The notes beneath the pieces were generated by a model. The model saw nothing but the letters and a program-made list of their open reading frames with translations, was not told the DNA's origin and did no database searches. A DNA stretch of 63,873 bases, counting the filler, from Psammoneis japonica (lineage: Eukaryota), in assembly GCA_008632985.1 (NCBI GenBank). It is 4 parts of 3 records of this genome, joined end to end, with 100 filler letters (N's around TTAATTAATTAA, not from the genome) between each part and the next. Parts side by side here need not be neighbours in the genome. Positions count along the whole stretch, not along the records: positions 37,460 to 52,919 come from QPGO01000231.1; positions 53,020 to 63,873 come from QPGO01000249.1; 2 more parts are not named here. One strand, 5' to 3'. This document shows, one piece after another, positions 50,001 to 62,161 of this stretch (positions are counted from its first letter, which is position 1; every line of letters starts with the position of its first letter). The position numbers and the translations under genes are program-made.

Positions 50001-52520
50001 CCGAGGACAAGGAGGTCCTGGGGCATTGCCTTGGTCCAAGTCGGGACATGAGTCCCACCATGACAGCCAAGATGCCAAAGGACAATGGACAAGTTGTCCA
50101 CCATTCATCCTGTCAACCCTTGAACCCCAAGGAACAGTGCCGCGAGATGCACTTGGCATTGCGCAAGAAATTTGACGGGCCAACAGAGGCCAAGCCAGGC
50201 CCAGGCATGATGGTTGGAGACATCAATGACCCTGATGCCACAACTCCCACTTTTGATCCCTGCAAGGACAATGCTGACCAAGATGCTCCTGCGAGTGCAC
50301 CCAAGAATGGGGACAATGCACCTGATGCTGCTTTTGATGTTCATGCAAACTCAGAAGCATTGCTGCCTCATGGGGACACCCAGCAAACTGGGACAGTCAA
50401 GCAGTGCAAGCTCAGTTTGGATGGAACACCGATGGGCAGGGCCAATGACAATCCCGTTCTAGACACTCGCACACACAAGGTCGAATTTCCTGATGGCCAG
50501 GAAGCAGAGGTCACAGCCAATGTCACAGCTGAGAACATGTTCACACAATGTGACAACAAAGGCAGTCAGCGCTTGCTTCTGGACGCCATTGTTGATCACA
50601 AGACTGATGGGCATGCAGTCCAGAAGGATGACACCTTTCCACAGGATGGCAGAGGACACCAAACCATGCAAAAGATGACCAAAGGATGGCACCTTTGTGT
50701 CAGCTGGAAGGACGGGACCACGACTTGGGAACGCCTTGCAGACTTGAAGGAATCCAACACAGTCAAGTTGGCTGAGCATGCCAGAGCTTTGATCAGGGAT
50801 GAACCAGCCTTTGCGTGGTGGGTTCCATGTTCAATGTGCCTTAAAGAAATGGCAGCAGATCATTGCTGCAATGAACAAGTGGTGTCACAAATGGACACAC
50901 AAGCACAGGATGTGCACTCCCAAGATGTGCAATGAGATGGTCAAGATTGACCAGGCAAACGGCAACCGCCTGTGGCAAGACACCACAGATGAGGAAATGG
51001 GTGTTGTCAACAAGGCATTCTAGATCATTGATGACAACAAGGAACTGGCAGGATGCCAGCATGTCAAGTGTCACTTGGTCTTCAACGTAAAGAGCCACAA
51101 GACTTCAAGCGCAAGGCACACCATGTGGCTGGTGGGTGTGCCACACAGATGCTCCCACCACCTTGACATGCACAAGCATTGTGTCACGTGAGAGTGTGAG
51201 GATCACCTTCATCTGGCTGCTCTGAATGACTCAGAGGTCAAGGCAGCTGACATTGAAAATGCTTGTGTCACTGCACCCAACAGTGAGATGATCATGATGA
51301 CTTTAAACCCAGAGTTCAGGCACAATGCAGGGAGGCGTGCAACAGTCAAGCACGCACTTTGCAGTTTGAAGAGCACAGGCACGGCCTTCAGGAATCACCT
51401 GGCCTCCTGCGTGCACCATCTTGGGTGGAAGCCCCAGATCCCAATGCATGGCTTGAGGAAGTGGTCTGATCTAAGGACAGGTTTTGGCACTGCGTGCATG
51501 CACTGCTGCACGTTGATGATGTGCCAATGGCACACCACAATGCCATGAGCACACTCAAGGAGTTGGATCATTGCTTCAAGATGAAGCCTGGTTCAATCGG
51601 CAACCCTGAGATGCATCTGGGTGCCAAGATCCAAGAGGCACAATTGCCAAATGGCATCTGCGCATGAGGCATGAGCTTCAGCAAGTGCATCCAGCAGGCT
51701 GTCAAGAATGTGGAGGTGCATCTGGACAAATGCTGCCCTGGACAGACATTGCCATGCTGGGCATTGACTCCATTTCCACAGGATTGTCATCCCAAGTCAC
51801 AGATGCATTGCCTGAGCTTGAGGCAGAGGATGCCCAGTTCTGCCAGTTGCAGGCAGGTGTCCTGCAATGGACAGTGGAACTCAGACACGTCGATCTGATG
51901 ACAGAGGTTTTGGAGCTTGCCTCATTTCTTGTTGTGCCCAGGGAGGGTCCCCTTGAGGCTGTTTTCCATGCACATGGATGCCTCAAGACAAGACACAATG
52001 CCAGGCTGGTGTTTGACCCAACATGACTGGACATTGACATGTCTGACTTCAAGGAATGTGACTGGAAGTCATTTCATGGGGACGTGCAGGAAAGAGAAAT
52101 CCCACCCAATGTGCCAGAACCTCCAGGCTTGGAGGTGGATCTGCACTTGTTCGTCAACTTGGATCATGCAAATGATGAGTTGACCAGACGTTCATGCACC
52201 GGCTTCTTCATCTGCGTGCACATGACCTCAATGGTGTGGTTTTCTAAGTGCCAAAGTGCAGTTGAAGCCTTGGTTTTTGGAGCCAAGTTTGCAGCCATGA
52301 AACAAGGCATGGAGTCTTTGCACAGCTTGCAACATGAGCCAAGGATGATGGATGTGCCATTGACTGGTCCATCCCACATCTGTGGGGACAACATGTCAGT
52401 TGTCCACAACACACAAAGTCCAGAGTCCACTTTGAAGAACAAGTCAAACTCCATTTGCTGCCATGCACCATGAGGGAGTCGATGGCAATGGGTGAGTCAC
52501 TCACTGGACACATTTGTTTG
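47090..52520 (+). mobile_element. Ty1/copia LTR retrotransposon relic of diatom CoDi type
   Basis: gag (LCKVV..PGG...AE.NLKL), protease (LDSHAD), integrase (GVP..MIVD, PWSN..EGTVRELKR), NPVLDTR and WKDG..TWE.L.DLKES, RT (VSRESVRI, DIENA, HVDD), RNase H (DHA.D..TRRS.TG, GDNMSV) in copia order; many stops; LTRs not identified. Confidence 0.92.
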
Positions 52521-52919
52521 GCATGCCACCATGTTAGAGTGACCAAATGTGGCCGGAGAGTAAATTGGGTCAAGCCGACTCATTGTTCAAGTCATCAACT
52601 TGAGGGGACTGAAAAATTTACCATGTGATCAATTTGAATTAGTTTGGTGTGCTTTGTCATTGGCAATTGGGCACAGAGCGGTTCCTCAGGTTTAGATCTC
52701 ACTTCTAGATAACTGGCATGATGTTGCAAATCTTTCTTTTGGTCTTGTCCCCAGTTCATGCGACTGCAGGGCAATTTGTTCATCTCCCTGAAGCCTTGCC
52801 CATTTCATCAGCACTGCCTGCACTTTGTGATGCTTTCTCTCTTTTCCTTGCTGCATCTCTTTCAATCTTCTCAATGTTGGCCATCAGCTGATTGCCATTT
52901 CCAGTTGCTCAATGTCCAC

Positions 52920-53019
52920 NNNNNNNNNNNNNNNNNNNNNNNNNNNNNNNNNNNNNNNNNNNNTTAATTAATTAANNNNNNNNNNNNNNNNNNNNNNNNN
53001 NNNNNNNNNNNNNNNNNNN
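52920..53019. other. Artificial contig linker
   Basis: TTAATTAATTAA at 52964-52975 between N runs. Confidence 0.95.
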
Positions 53020-53903
53020 TTCACAAAGAAGGAAACGATAATCGGAAGAACCGGTTCCCAAGACGCGTACCATACCGCCTTTCGAACGTGTTCATGTTCC
53101 ACAGGTCGGCTCTGGATTGAGCCGCTATGCAAGTACAAGTTGTGAGGCATGACCACAGAACCCAAAATCCCCGTAATGGCGAAAATGTCGCTTGCAGTGA
53201 CTTGCTCGAAGCCGTACACCCACCCAGCCATTGCTTCGTTCCATTCAACACCAACTACATTCATTTCAACCCAGAGTGCAATACTCATAATCCCCACAAA
53301 GCAGGCAATCAGGAATTCCAAAATGTTGATTCCATAGTTCATCGTTGCGAGGAAAATCATGGTGGTAATGAGTGACAGAACGACCCCCACCACGTACGGC
53401 CAGCCGAAAAAGATGTTGCACGCTATTCCAATCCCAATAACTTCGGGTAAGTCTGTGACGATTGTACTGAACTCCGCAATAAACCAGTTGAGATACCTCA
53501 TTCTATCCGTTGAATTCGATGCTTGCACTTGAGCTAGATTCACCCCTCCGTAATACGCCAGTCTCACGCAAAGAACTTGTACGTAAATGGACAGAATCGA
53601 GGTCCACCAAACACAGAACAGCAAGTAATATCTCGTAGTTGCTCCGGCTTGAACATCGGCCTGATAATTTCCTGGATCAACATAGGCGACAGAGACAAAC
53701 CAACCAGGACCAACAAAGTACCAGAAATCTCTCCAACGGTTTCCTGATGGTGACCACGGTGCAATTCGATGTGGTGATGATGATTCGTTGGAAGAAAATT
53801 CTTCTTCCTCGGCATCCTCCGTTGTTGTTGTTGTTGCATGATCGCCTTCCATGATACTTTCTGACATTGGAGGATCTGGTGCATGCATCGTTGAGAGTTC
53901 CAT
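53020..53903 (-). CDS. NRAMP: NRAMP family divalent metal transporter, 3' truncated by contig end
   Basis: GPGWFVSVAYVDPGN and GSVVMPHNLYLHS signatures; multiple TM helices. Confidence 0.95.
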
Positions 53904-54021
53904 GGGTCGAGCGAGTAAGACTTTTTAATGTTTGCGGTCTGGTGACCGCCATTTTGTTTGTGTGGTCGGTCGGACATCGCGGCGCATTGCGGCATGTTTC
54001 ATCACGCACGGCGAAAAGCGG

Positions 54022-54268
54022 ACAGACGAAATGCTTCCTGATTGACCGACCATGAACAGACCGGAATTTAGATTGAAGATTGGATCTCAGATCGATCGAT
54101 CGATCCTGAAACAAAGCTCTTTCTGCTCATCTCAACATCACAATCGACTCTTAAGTCTGATTGTGTGTTCAACGATTGCAACCAGGAAGAAGCAACATGC
54201 TCCCAACCTGTCCCAACTGCAGCGCTGTTCAACGTGCACGTCGGCTCCACCATCAGCGCAAGAACTCG
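54022..54268. repeat. About 250-bp dispersed direct repeat, second copy at 63622-63873
   Basis: aatgcttcctgattgac.gaccatgaaca...agattgaagattggatctca...gactcttaagtctgattg...ttgcaaccaggaagaagcaa present in both. Confidence 0.85.
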
Positions 54269-54779
54269 TGGCCACACGCGCGGCAGCGCGCGCAACACTG
54301 TGCCGGGTGCGGTAGAAGAATCATCATCATCTGAAATCGGGACTGAACGAAAATTACACGGTGAAGGACGCAGGTTATTCGCAAGGTTCCATCTCATGTT
54401 CAATGTGCGGGGGACGTGTTCCAGGTCTAGGTGGGACCTCGCACTGCTGAACTGTGACATCGATAGTTTTTTGAATCACGTCGTATGTCGCGCACGTAGA
54501 TTTCTACGTGATTTTTTCGATATTTTGTATCTATAGGCACCAGAGGGGGGGTGATATTTTGAGACAGTGACGTGTGCTTAGTTGAAGGGGGCGGTGCACT
54601 TCAAGTGCACTGGCATAGTTTCCGGTGCACAGCGGTGCACTGATAAGTAATTTTTGACTTTCTTTCGTCCCTAAGTAGCTTTGTCCAAAAGGTCATTCGA
54701 AAACTCGAGGGGCGCGCCAAAAGAAAATCATCAAAAACTCGCATTTCTCGTTCGCGAGAGAGAAAACACACACTCGACG

Positions 54780-56888
54780 ATGACATCTTACGTTATTTTG
54801 AAGGGCGGCGGATTCAAAATAACGCAGCAAACCCGCTCTCTTGGTGAGTCGAGCTTGAATAAGACACTGAAGAAGTACAAGCTTGACACAACGTCACCAA
54901 AACTTGCAATTACAGGAAAGAACAAAAAGACCGGCGAAGTAGGCACTGACGCTGTTGCGACTAGTTCTATTGCACGGTATGAACCCATATGGAGGCTTTT
55001 TCGTGACTTCTGCTACCTGATTGATGATTCTGAAAGTGCCATGCTGCCGGCACGTGACTTGTGTCCATCAGATCCTTTTCCTTCGAATTTTTATACAGCA
55101 ATCCAGTTTGCTCAGTTCAGGACAAAACAAAAAGGCGAACCACTACTTCACAACCGCACGAACGCTCCTGTAAAGGACCGGCATGGAAACCCTATCACCT
55201 GCATTGGTGATTGGAAAGGTCATTCTTCCATTGGGCTCTTCCGCACTGCCATGAGCAAGCTTCACAAGCACTACGAAACGACCAATGGCGAACACCGAGA
55301 AATGTGCACTGCTTGTCATGAGATTGGCGAGGAGGAAGCCCGAAAGGGCACTGGATGCCGCAAACACCCTGGTGATCCCCATTTCTGGCGTCGTGGAAAT
55401 ACCACCAAACATGAAGATTTCAAGGCTGCAATTGACCAATGGCAAGACTACGCATCAAACTGCTACGAAGCTAGAAGTGCTTTTGCATTCTTGCCGGGCG
55501 AGGTGCGGGCTATTCGAGACCACTGTTTGTCACATAATGACAAGTATCATCTAATGCTTTGGACTATCATTATTGTTGGTACAAAGTCATTTCTACGCTG
55601 TGAAGAAGTTTTGGAGATGACGGTTGAAAAGTTTGTCACCGAGTACTTCCAAGTGTCGGAAAATGCCGTCAAGGGTCTCTGCACCAAAATCCGTGGCAAG
55701 CGTGACGAGAAGGATCTTCATTTCATGATTTGGGACGATGAAGAATGTCCTGAATTCTCAGGAACTATTGCTATTCTCCTTTGGATGCATTATTCCGGCA
55801 TCAAGTCGGGCAAGTTGTTTCCCACTAGAGACGAGTTGGAGCTCAACAAGGAACATCACGACAAAAATTTTCCATACGACTCGCTCCTGGATTTTTTCAA
55901 GTTTGCTTGCGAAACCATTCTGGGAAGAGACATTGATAAGATGTCAACTGAAATCATTGGAACACACATTCTTCGAAGGACTGGCTTTGCGTTTGCTGAA
56001 TGGGGCTCTACGCGTGACGGAGGGCGGCTGGGTGAGATGGCCGAAGCGAACACATTGCTGAGCGCTCGTCACAAGAACATGTCAAGCACCGCGACTTGCC
56101 TTTCTGACAGTGGTACACTGAAGGCTCTAGTTGATAGGGAAAAGGACAAGGATGCTCACCGTGTTGGTAAATGGGAGCCCATCCATATGAAGCATCTTTC
56201 TTCATTTGCATCCGTCATGGTAGACTCTGCCAGGTGCCGCAAGCCTCCACCAGAACTTGCTGATTGGCACGTGACGGAACTGCTTGGTGTGCAGCAGAGC
56301 AACTTATTGACTGTCAAGCAGCTGTTCACAAAAGCTACATCATACACCCCGGACTTGTCTGATGAAGAAGAAATGAAGCAGTTCTTGATTCGTGAGCTTG
56401 GATCTAGCAAGGCAGAGGTGGTGATGCGAATGCACGACAAGTCGGCTGCAGAAAGAGTGCGTGCTGCACAGTCTACAACTTTTGAAGTACTCACCAATGC
56501 CAACAGTGCAAGGGAGAAGCGAGCTGCTACTGACCCAGCTCAAGATGAAAGGAACACCAAAAAAACCAAGTCCACAGGTGATGCCGTCGTACAGTTTGAT
56601 CGTGACTGCCAATCTGAATTTAAATCCACCAAGGACGCTGCTACCAAGGTTCAGGTATTTGTGGATGCATGCCAGGACGTGAAAGATCAGGTGCGCGCCG
56701 GCAAGTCCTTGGAAGATCCTATCAAAAGCTTTGCATATCGAGCCGCTAGGGTCGTACAGTGCCTTGACGACTGCTACGACGGCAAGGTTGATTGTTTTTT
56801 GCAAGAGAATTCTGGGCCCCTGTCAAAGTTCAGGACGTGCAACAAGGGTGTCAATCACAAGCCTACATTCGATATGGCAAAACTGTAA
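54780..56888 (+). mobile_element. Crypton-like tyrosine recombinase ORF (702 aa), catalytic Tyr apparently replaced by Cys
   Basis: FLRCEE (R), GKRD (K), THILRRTG (HxxR), SARH (H), then STATCLSDS where Y is expected; Cys/His cluster CTAC...GCRKH; no RT nearby. Confidence 0.8.
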
Positions 56889-57291
56889 GAGGACAGGACT
56901 TACCAATACATAGAAATACATAGCGTTGTTCATCATTGTCTACAGTGGTATCGCGCCGTGCTTCACTCGTTCGCGTTTCGACGAGCGACTCTCAATTCTG
57001 GTGAGCGGCAGTGCCTCCGTTGCTTTTCTACGACTACAAGTACGACCAGGTACGATCAATACCACGACTACCCATGACCACGCGTGACGTGTACTTCGGT
57101 CTATAGTATGCTCTGTAGGCGCCAGTACTGATTCTACGTGAGTGCACAGTGCACAGCACAGATGTGCTGTATCCATTAATTAAATTCTCGTACTGCGGAG
57201 CTCGCACGTAGAATTCTATGGGCCCAATGTCACACGGAGTCCCACCTGGGGCTGGAACGCGTCGGGGCCACCATTTCAACACAATCAACAA

Positions 57292-58640
57292 ATGCCGGCA
57301 GACTGTCAACGTACGATGCATGCCGCAACACCTTCAGCCCCTTTCTGGGCTAAGACAATGAGTCTGCTTTTGGCCACCGTGTCATGTCAGAAAGTCATGG
57401 GACATGAAGTTGAGGTCAGTGTTGATGGCTCCGTCGTCCAGAAAACGATCCATCAGCAAGAGCATCGGGTTCGCTTCATCAACAAAAGCAGGTGCCCTGT
57501 CAACATGTGCTTTGAGGATGACAAGGAAGGCAAAAAGATCTCCACAGCCGAGGTTGGAGAGGACCGGACCATCAGGACTCTGCACCATGCCATCTTCTAC
57601 GTCACAAGACTTGGGGCTCGCGATGGTCTCTTCGATCCCGAAACGGACCTGCAGCACAGGTTTCGTGCATCCTTGCCGGATCAAGTCTTTGAGATCCCAG
57701 CAGTGGCAGAACCCTCCAAGAATCCCTGTCACAATCACTTTGCTGTCCTCTGCCCGAAGAAGGCCAAGCAGGGCGATTGCAGTCGAGAACCAGGTTGCGC
57801 AGCAATTCACTGCTGTCAGTCATGCGATGACGAGCTTGATGCAAGTCGTCTCATTGACCCAAAGGTCCGGTGCACCCGCGAATTCCTCAACATGACAGAG
57901 CCTGCTTGGCATCTGGGCGATCTCAACAAGCTCTTTACTTTGTGGGCAACCGACCCTCGCTGTGCCCAGTGCGAACCAAAGGCACACAGTTCTGTTCTCC
58001 CAATGCTGGTGCACACGGAGGAAAGGATGGCCCGTGGGTGTTGACATTTGAGAACTTTCTAACCAGCGAAGAAGTGGATGCTCTCATTGAGGGCGGGTGC
58101 TTGGAAGGGTTTCGTCGGAGCCGCACTTGTGAAGGTGAGAATGCGAACAAAAAGAGGACCACAGCGGAAGGCCGCACGAGCTCCAACGCTTGGTGCCCAC
58201 AGAAATGCTCGGCTTTGGAAGGAGTCAAGTCCGTTTGGGACAAGGTCCAAGCAGCCACTGGGGTGGCCACGTCGCATTGTGAGAGAATTCAGATCCTAAA
58301 ACGCGAAGAGAACCAGTTCCATGGCACTCACCACGATGCCAAGAAAAGAGATGTTTCGCTCAGTGGACCGTGAATCCTCACCTTTTTGCTGTGCTTGAAT
58401 GATGTTGAGGAAGGAGGTGAAACCAACTTTGATGCATTGGACATGGCGGTGAAACCAAAGAAGGGAAGGGTCCTGATTTGACCCTCCATTGCGGATGATG
58501 ATCCTGAGTGCTGTGAGAAGCGCGTGCATCACCAGGCGAAGAAGGTGGTTGGGGAACAAAGCATGCCGCAAATTTCTGGATTCGTCAGCATGATCTTGAA
58601 ATTCCAAACAGGTGGAAGTGCAACCCGACCACTGGCTGGC
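57292..58640 (+). pseudogene. P4H: ShK-domain prolyl 4-hydroxylase (2OG-Fe(II) oxygenase) pseudogene
   Basis: ShK-like C..C..GDC..P...HCCQSC; GPWVLTFENFL, RTSSNAWC, THHD, LNDVEEGGETNF, VKPKKGR, HQA; frameshift and stops. Confidence 0.85.
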
Positions 58641-58749
58641 TAGCCCCATTTCCCGCACGCAGTTCGGATGGCCCAGGAAGCACTCCAACAAGAGAAGAGA
58701 GCATGGAAAGACCCGATTGCAATGATGCAAAGTTCTTGCCAGCATTCAA

Positions 58750-59560
58750 AAGGACATCTCTAACTCCCATTGGGAAGCCCAACTGGCTGATTCTGAGAAG
58801 ATCAAAGGTCCAGAATGGACCACAGTGCACAGAAATTCAAAGAGCATGAGATGAATTTAAATTAACTTGACAGAACGTCGCTTTTGCCAGTCATGACGCA
58901 TGAATGTCAAAAGTGTCAAATGGATCCGACAATGCAGTTCGATGACCCACGCACTGTCCAAGTGGGGTCGCAAGTGTGAACAGCATCCCAGCTTCGTTTG
59001 TGGCTTTGCTGCGTGGCCGGTTGCTGGACGACTGGCAATTGATCATTCACAGCTTGCGTGTTGGATGCAAGACTTCCTTTCTCCATGAACTCAAATGTCA
59101 CAAACATTTGCTTCTTGTCAATCATGGCACCAATGACCTGAATGACCCTGGGATTGTGCAGCTTCACCAGCTGTGCCATGTCCTCTTTCATCAAACTCGA
59201 CATGCAGCCCCTGCTTCTTGTTTTGTCAGAAGAGGACCCACAGGAAAGGTTGCTGTTGAGTTGAGAGTGCCCCTGGGATGATGCTTTCACAGCAACAGGC
59301 AACAGGAGCACTGTGAAGGCACCCTTTGGTCATGATGCCAAAGGATCCTTCTCCCAAAATCTTGCCAGTCAATTGCAAATCTTCTGGTTTGATCACCCTC
59401 TGCTGCTTGGCCTTTTGGCATTCTTTTCTCACAAGAAAGAGTGCAAAGAAACTGGCAAAACAATTGCGGCAAAGGCCCAGCAAGCGATGACAATGTCGAC
59501 AATGGCACCCTCGCTCAAGCTGTCTGAGTTCTGAGTTGACTCTGGCTTGCACATGTTGAG
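58750..59560 (-). pseudogene. Receptor-like TKL protein kinase relic
   Basis: TM-like segment followed by ILGEGSFG, L..P.VIQVIGA and EFMEKGSL; frameshifted and TA depleted. Confidence 0.72.
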
Positions 59561-60127
59561 CGACTTTTGGCAGATGGACAAGAGAGGGAGGGTTGTGTCA
59601 TCGTGATTGTCACAGTCACACGTGGTTTGTTGCCAAGCAGCATCAATCAAGTCTGCCACCCCAAGTCTGTCCTCACAAGTCTTTTCAAGTCAAGCCACAA
59701 AACTCTCTTTGAGATGCTCAATGATGTGGTCATGCATTGCCGCAAAGGAGATTGCAGCCTTCAGGAAGCACACATCAAGAATGGTGTTTTGGGAACCAAG
59801 CGCTTTGCAACAGCATCCTTGCATTGCTCAGCTCCATTGATCTGTGCAGAAATGGGGAGCAAGTGCTCATTTCGAAGAGACAGAGATTTTCTGTGTTGTG
59901 TGAAAATTGTGAGATTATTTTGTGCAGAGCACGCGCATGTGCGACAGCAAGACATGGGGAGTTTGAGTCCTTCCGCGGAATCAGTCATGCTCGGTGCTGC
60001 ACGCATCATGCACAGACACTTCATGCAAGGTGAGTCACTTGCGCAACAGCCAGTCACGCTGGTCTCAGTCATGTGGACACTCCTGCAGCCTGTCACAGGT
60101 CTTGCACTGGGAGTCGCGTTGTCCAAT

Positions 60128-60565
60128 TGCAATATACAGCTACTAATAAGAGTTAATGTATCACGGCGACGTGTTACAGCCTTTAAAAGTCACAAAGGGC
60201 GTGACAAAATAACCTTTTGTCTGCATGCACACTGCATTATGAATTCATAGCGGAGTGGTTCATCTCGCATCCATTAGGCTGGAGGCCAGGGGTTCGAAAC
60301 CCCGAGTGGGAGTTGTCTGCAGCAACGTTGATCACTGTCGAACGCGTAAAACTCTGTGCAGTTCTGCATGTTCCTTCGTACGCACCCACACTGTTCCGCC
60401 AAAACCGTGCAGTGTCAGTACACGTGAGCGTAGGTCGCGTGATACATGGGGAGGAGTGCAACATACAGCTACTAATAAGAGTTAATGTATCACGGCGACG
60501 TGTTACAGCCTTTAAAAGTCACAAAGGGCGTGACAAAATAACCTTTTGTCTGCATGCACACTGCA
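60128..60565 (+). mobile_element. 438-bp TRIM-like miniature LTR element
   Basis: 109-bp direct repeats 60128-60236 and 60457-60565 (TG...CA, one visible mismatch); PPT GGGGAGGAG abutting the 3' LTR; 4-bp TSD CAAT; empty site in the paralog near 61848. Confidence 0.88.
60241..60312 (+). promoter_or_regulatory. tRNA-like segment with Pol III A and B boxes inside the TRIM
   Basis: A box TAGCGGAGTGG (60248-60258); B box GGTTCGAAACC (60291-60301) within a GGGG-TTCGAAA-CCCC T-arm; no convincing acceptor stem. Confidence 0.65.
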
Positions 60566-62161
60566 CAATGCATGCTTCTGCAGAATCAGTGTCACTGCGG
60601 ACAGCCTGCAGACGCAGGCAGGAAAGTGGCATCATCGGCGGCCATGGCAGGGATGCCTGCTGCACTCGCCCCCCATGACAAGGTTGCACGAGTGAAAAAA
60701 AGGGGCCCACTGCTGCCAAGGGACATGTTTTGTTGTGCCCGACAGCACACACTGCCTTCCCACTCATGAAGGGAGTCATTGTCATCATCTTGACATTGTT
60801 TCAGTGGACATTTTGCCACGTTTGGCCTCTGGAACATGTGCAAGCGAACACTGCATTCAGGAGCATCAAGACATTCATCAAATTGTCCAAGCTGCCAAGG
60901 TCACACAGGTCGCTGTCATGTTGGCCGTTGTCAGATTCTCAAGACCCTTTGCTGCCATGTCATCAGTGTCAGCATCAGAGTCTTCAGAGAGGGGCGCATT
61001 TTCGAAGACATCAAGTTCTCCATCTGCCTTCGCGGCATCACATGCCATGTGTTTCAATGCATTTTTTTACAGCCCATTCAACGATGACATTGAGTTCTTC
61101 ATTGTCGCGTGCGTCAGTTGTTTTCTGAGCTGACATCATCTTGGGTCACTTGACTTGAAGTTTCGGTGTCCAGCAATCATCAGTGCCGTGATTGCCTGAA
61201 CCGTGAAGCATGCACACAGTGTCACGCATCATGTCTGACTTGCTTCTTTGCCGCCAATGTTTGCTCACTTGGCACGCAATCGAGCTGTCTGCTGCACTTC
61301 TTCATCTTGGCATCTTCAGGGTCATTTTGAGGTTCATCTTTAGGAGCGCTCATTGTCAAGTGGCAAAGGTTCTGAAAAGCACTTGCACACGATTGACATT
61401 TTTGCATTTTTGCTTTCTGCTGCTCTCTCAATTGAACAGTCACAGAGAACAGGTGATTGACATTCTGTCGCACTCCACTCTTTTCTGCAGAGCGGCTGAC
61501 AGCAATGGCTGGTTGTTGAATGAAGGCTGTTCTTGCACTTGCTGGGAGCAATGTTGCTGCAACCCATGCAGAAATGGGGAGCAAGTGCTCATTTCAAAGA
61601 GACAGAGATTTTCTCTGTGTTGTGCAGAAATTGTGAGACCATTTTGTGCAGAGCATGTGTGTGTGCAGCAGGAAGACATGTGGAGTTTGAGTCCTTCTGC
61701 GGAATCAGTCACACTCAGCACTGCGTTCATCCCACGCAGACCCTTCACACAAGGTGAGTCACTTGCACGATGGCCAGTTGCATGGGTCTCAGTCATGTGA
61801 ACACTCCCACAGCCCATTGCAGGTCTTGCGCCAGGAGTCACGTCATCTGATGCACACTTCTGCAGGGTCAGCATTGCGGTGGACAGCCCACAGATGCAGG
61901 AAAGCGGCATTGTTGGCAGCCATGGCAGGGATGCCCACTGCACCATCTCTTGGATGTCCTTGTTCCACCCATTTGGCCAATGTCAAAATGCCACTTTTGG
62001 CACTGAAGCTCACACCAAAAAGCTCATTCAGTCCCATGAAAACAAGCCTGGCGCATGCTATCATGAACCACATGTTGCAAACAATGTTCAGTTCAACACA
62101 CAAGTTAAATTTTTGTCACTCAGCAGAGCTTGCAAAAAGCTTTGCCAGCTTTCAAAAGCCA

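Larger units (their letters stand above)
59845..60665. repeat. Duplicated segment (about 380 bp without the TRIM insertion); paralog at 61567-61945
   Basis: tgcagaaatggggagcaagtgctcattt ... catggcagggatgcc are colinear; many differences are CA/TG/CG interchanges. Confidence 0.88.

Noticed and set aside
47090..52520. Alternative genetic code or RNA-stage (ADAR-like) editing as the cause of Tyr loss
   Set aside because: Neighbouring genes use TAY for Tyr normally; changes occur on both strands and extend into non-retroelement DNA, which RNA-stage editing would not produce.
60241..60312. Functional tRNA gene
   Set aside because: A/B boxes and a T-arm are present, but I could not form acceptor and anticodon stems; treated as tRNA-like only.
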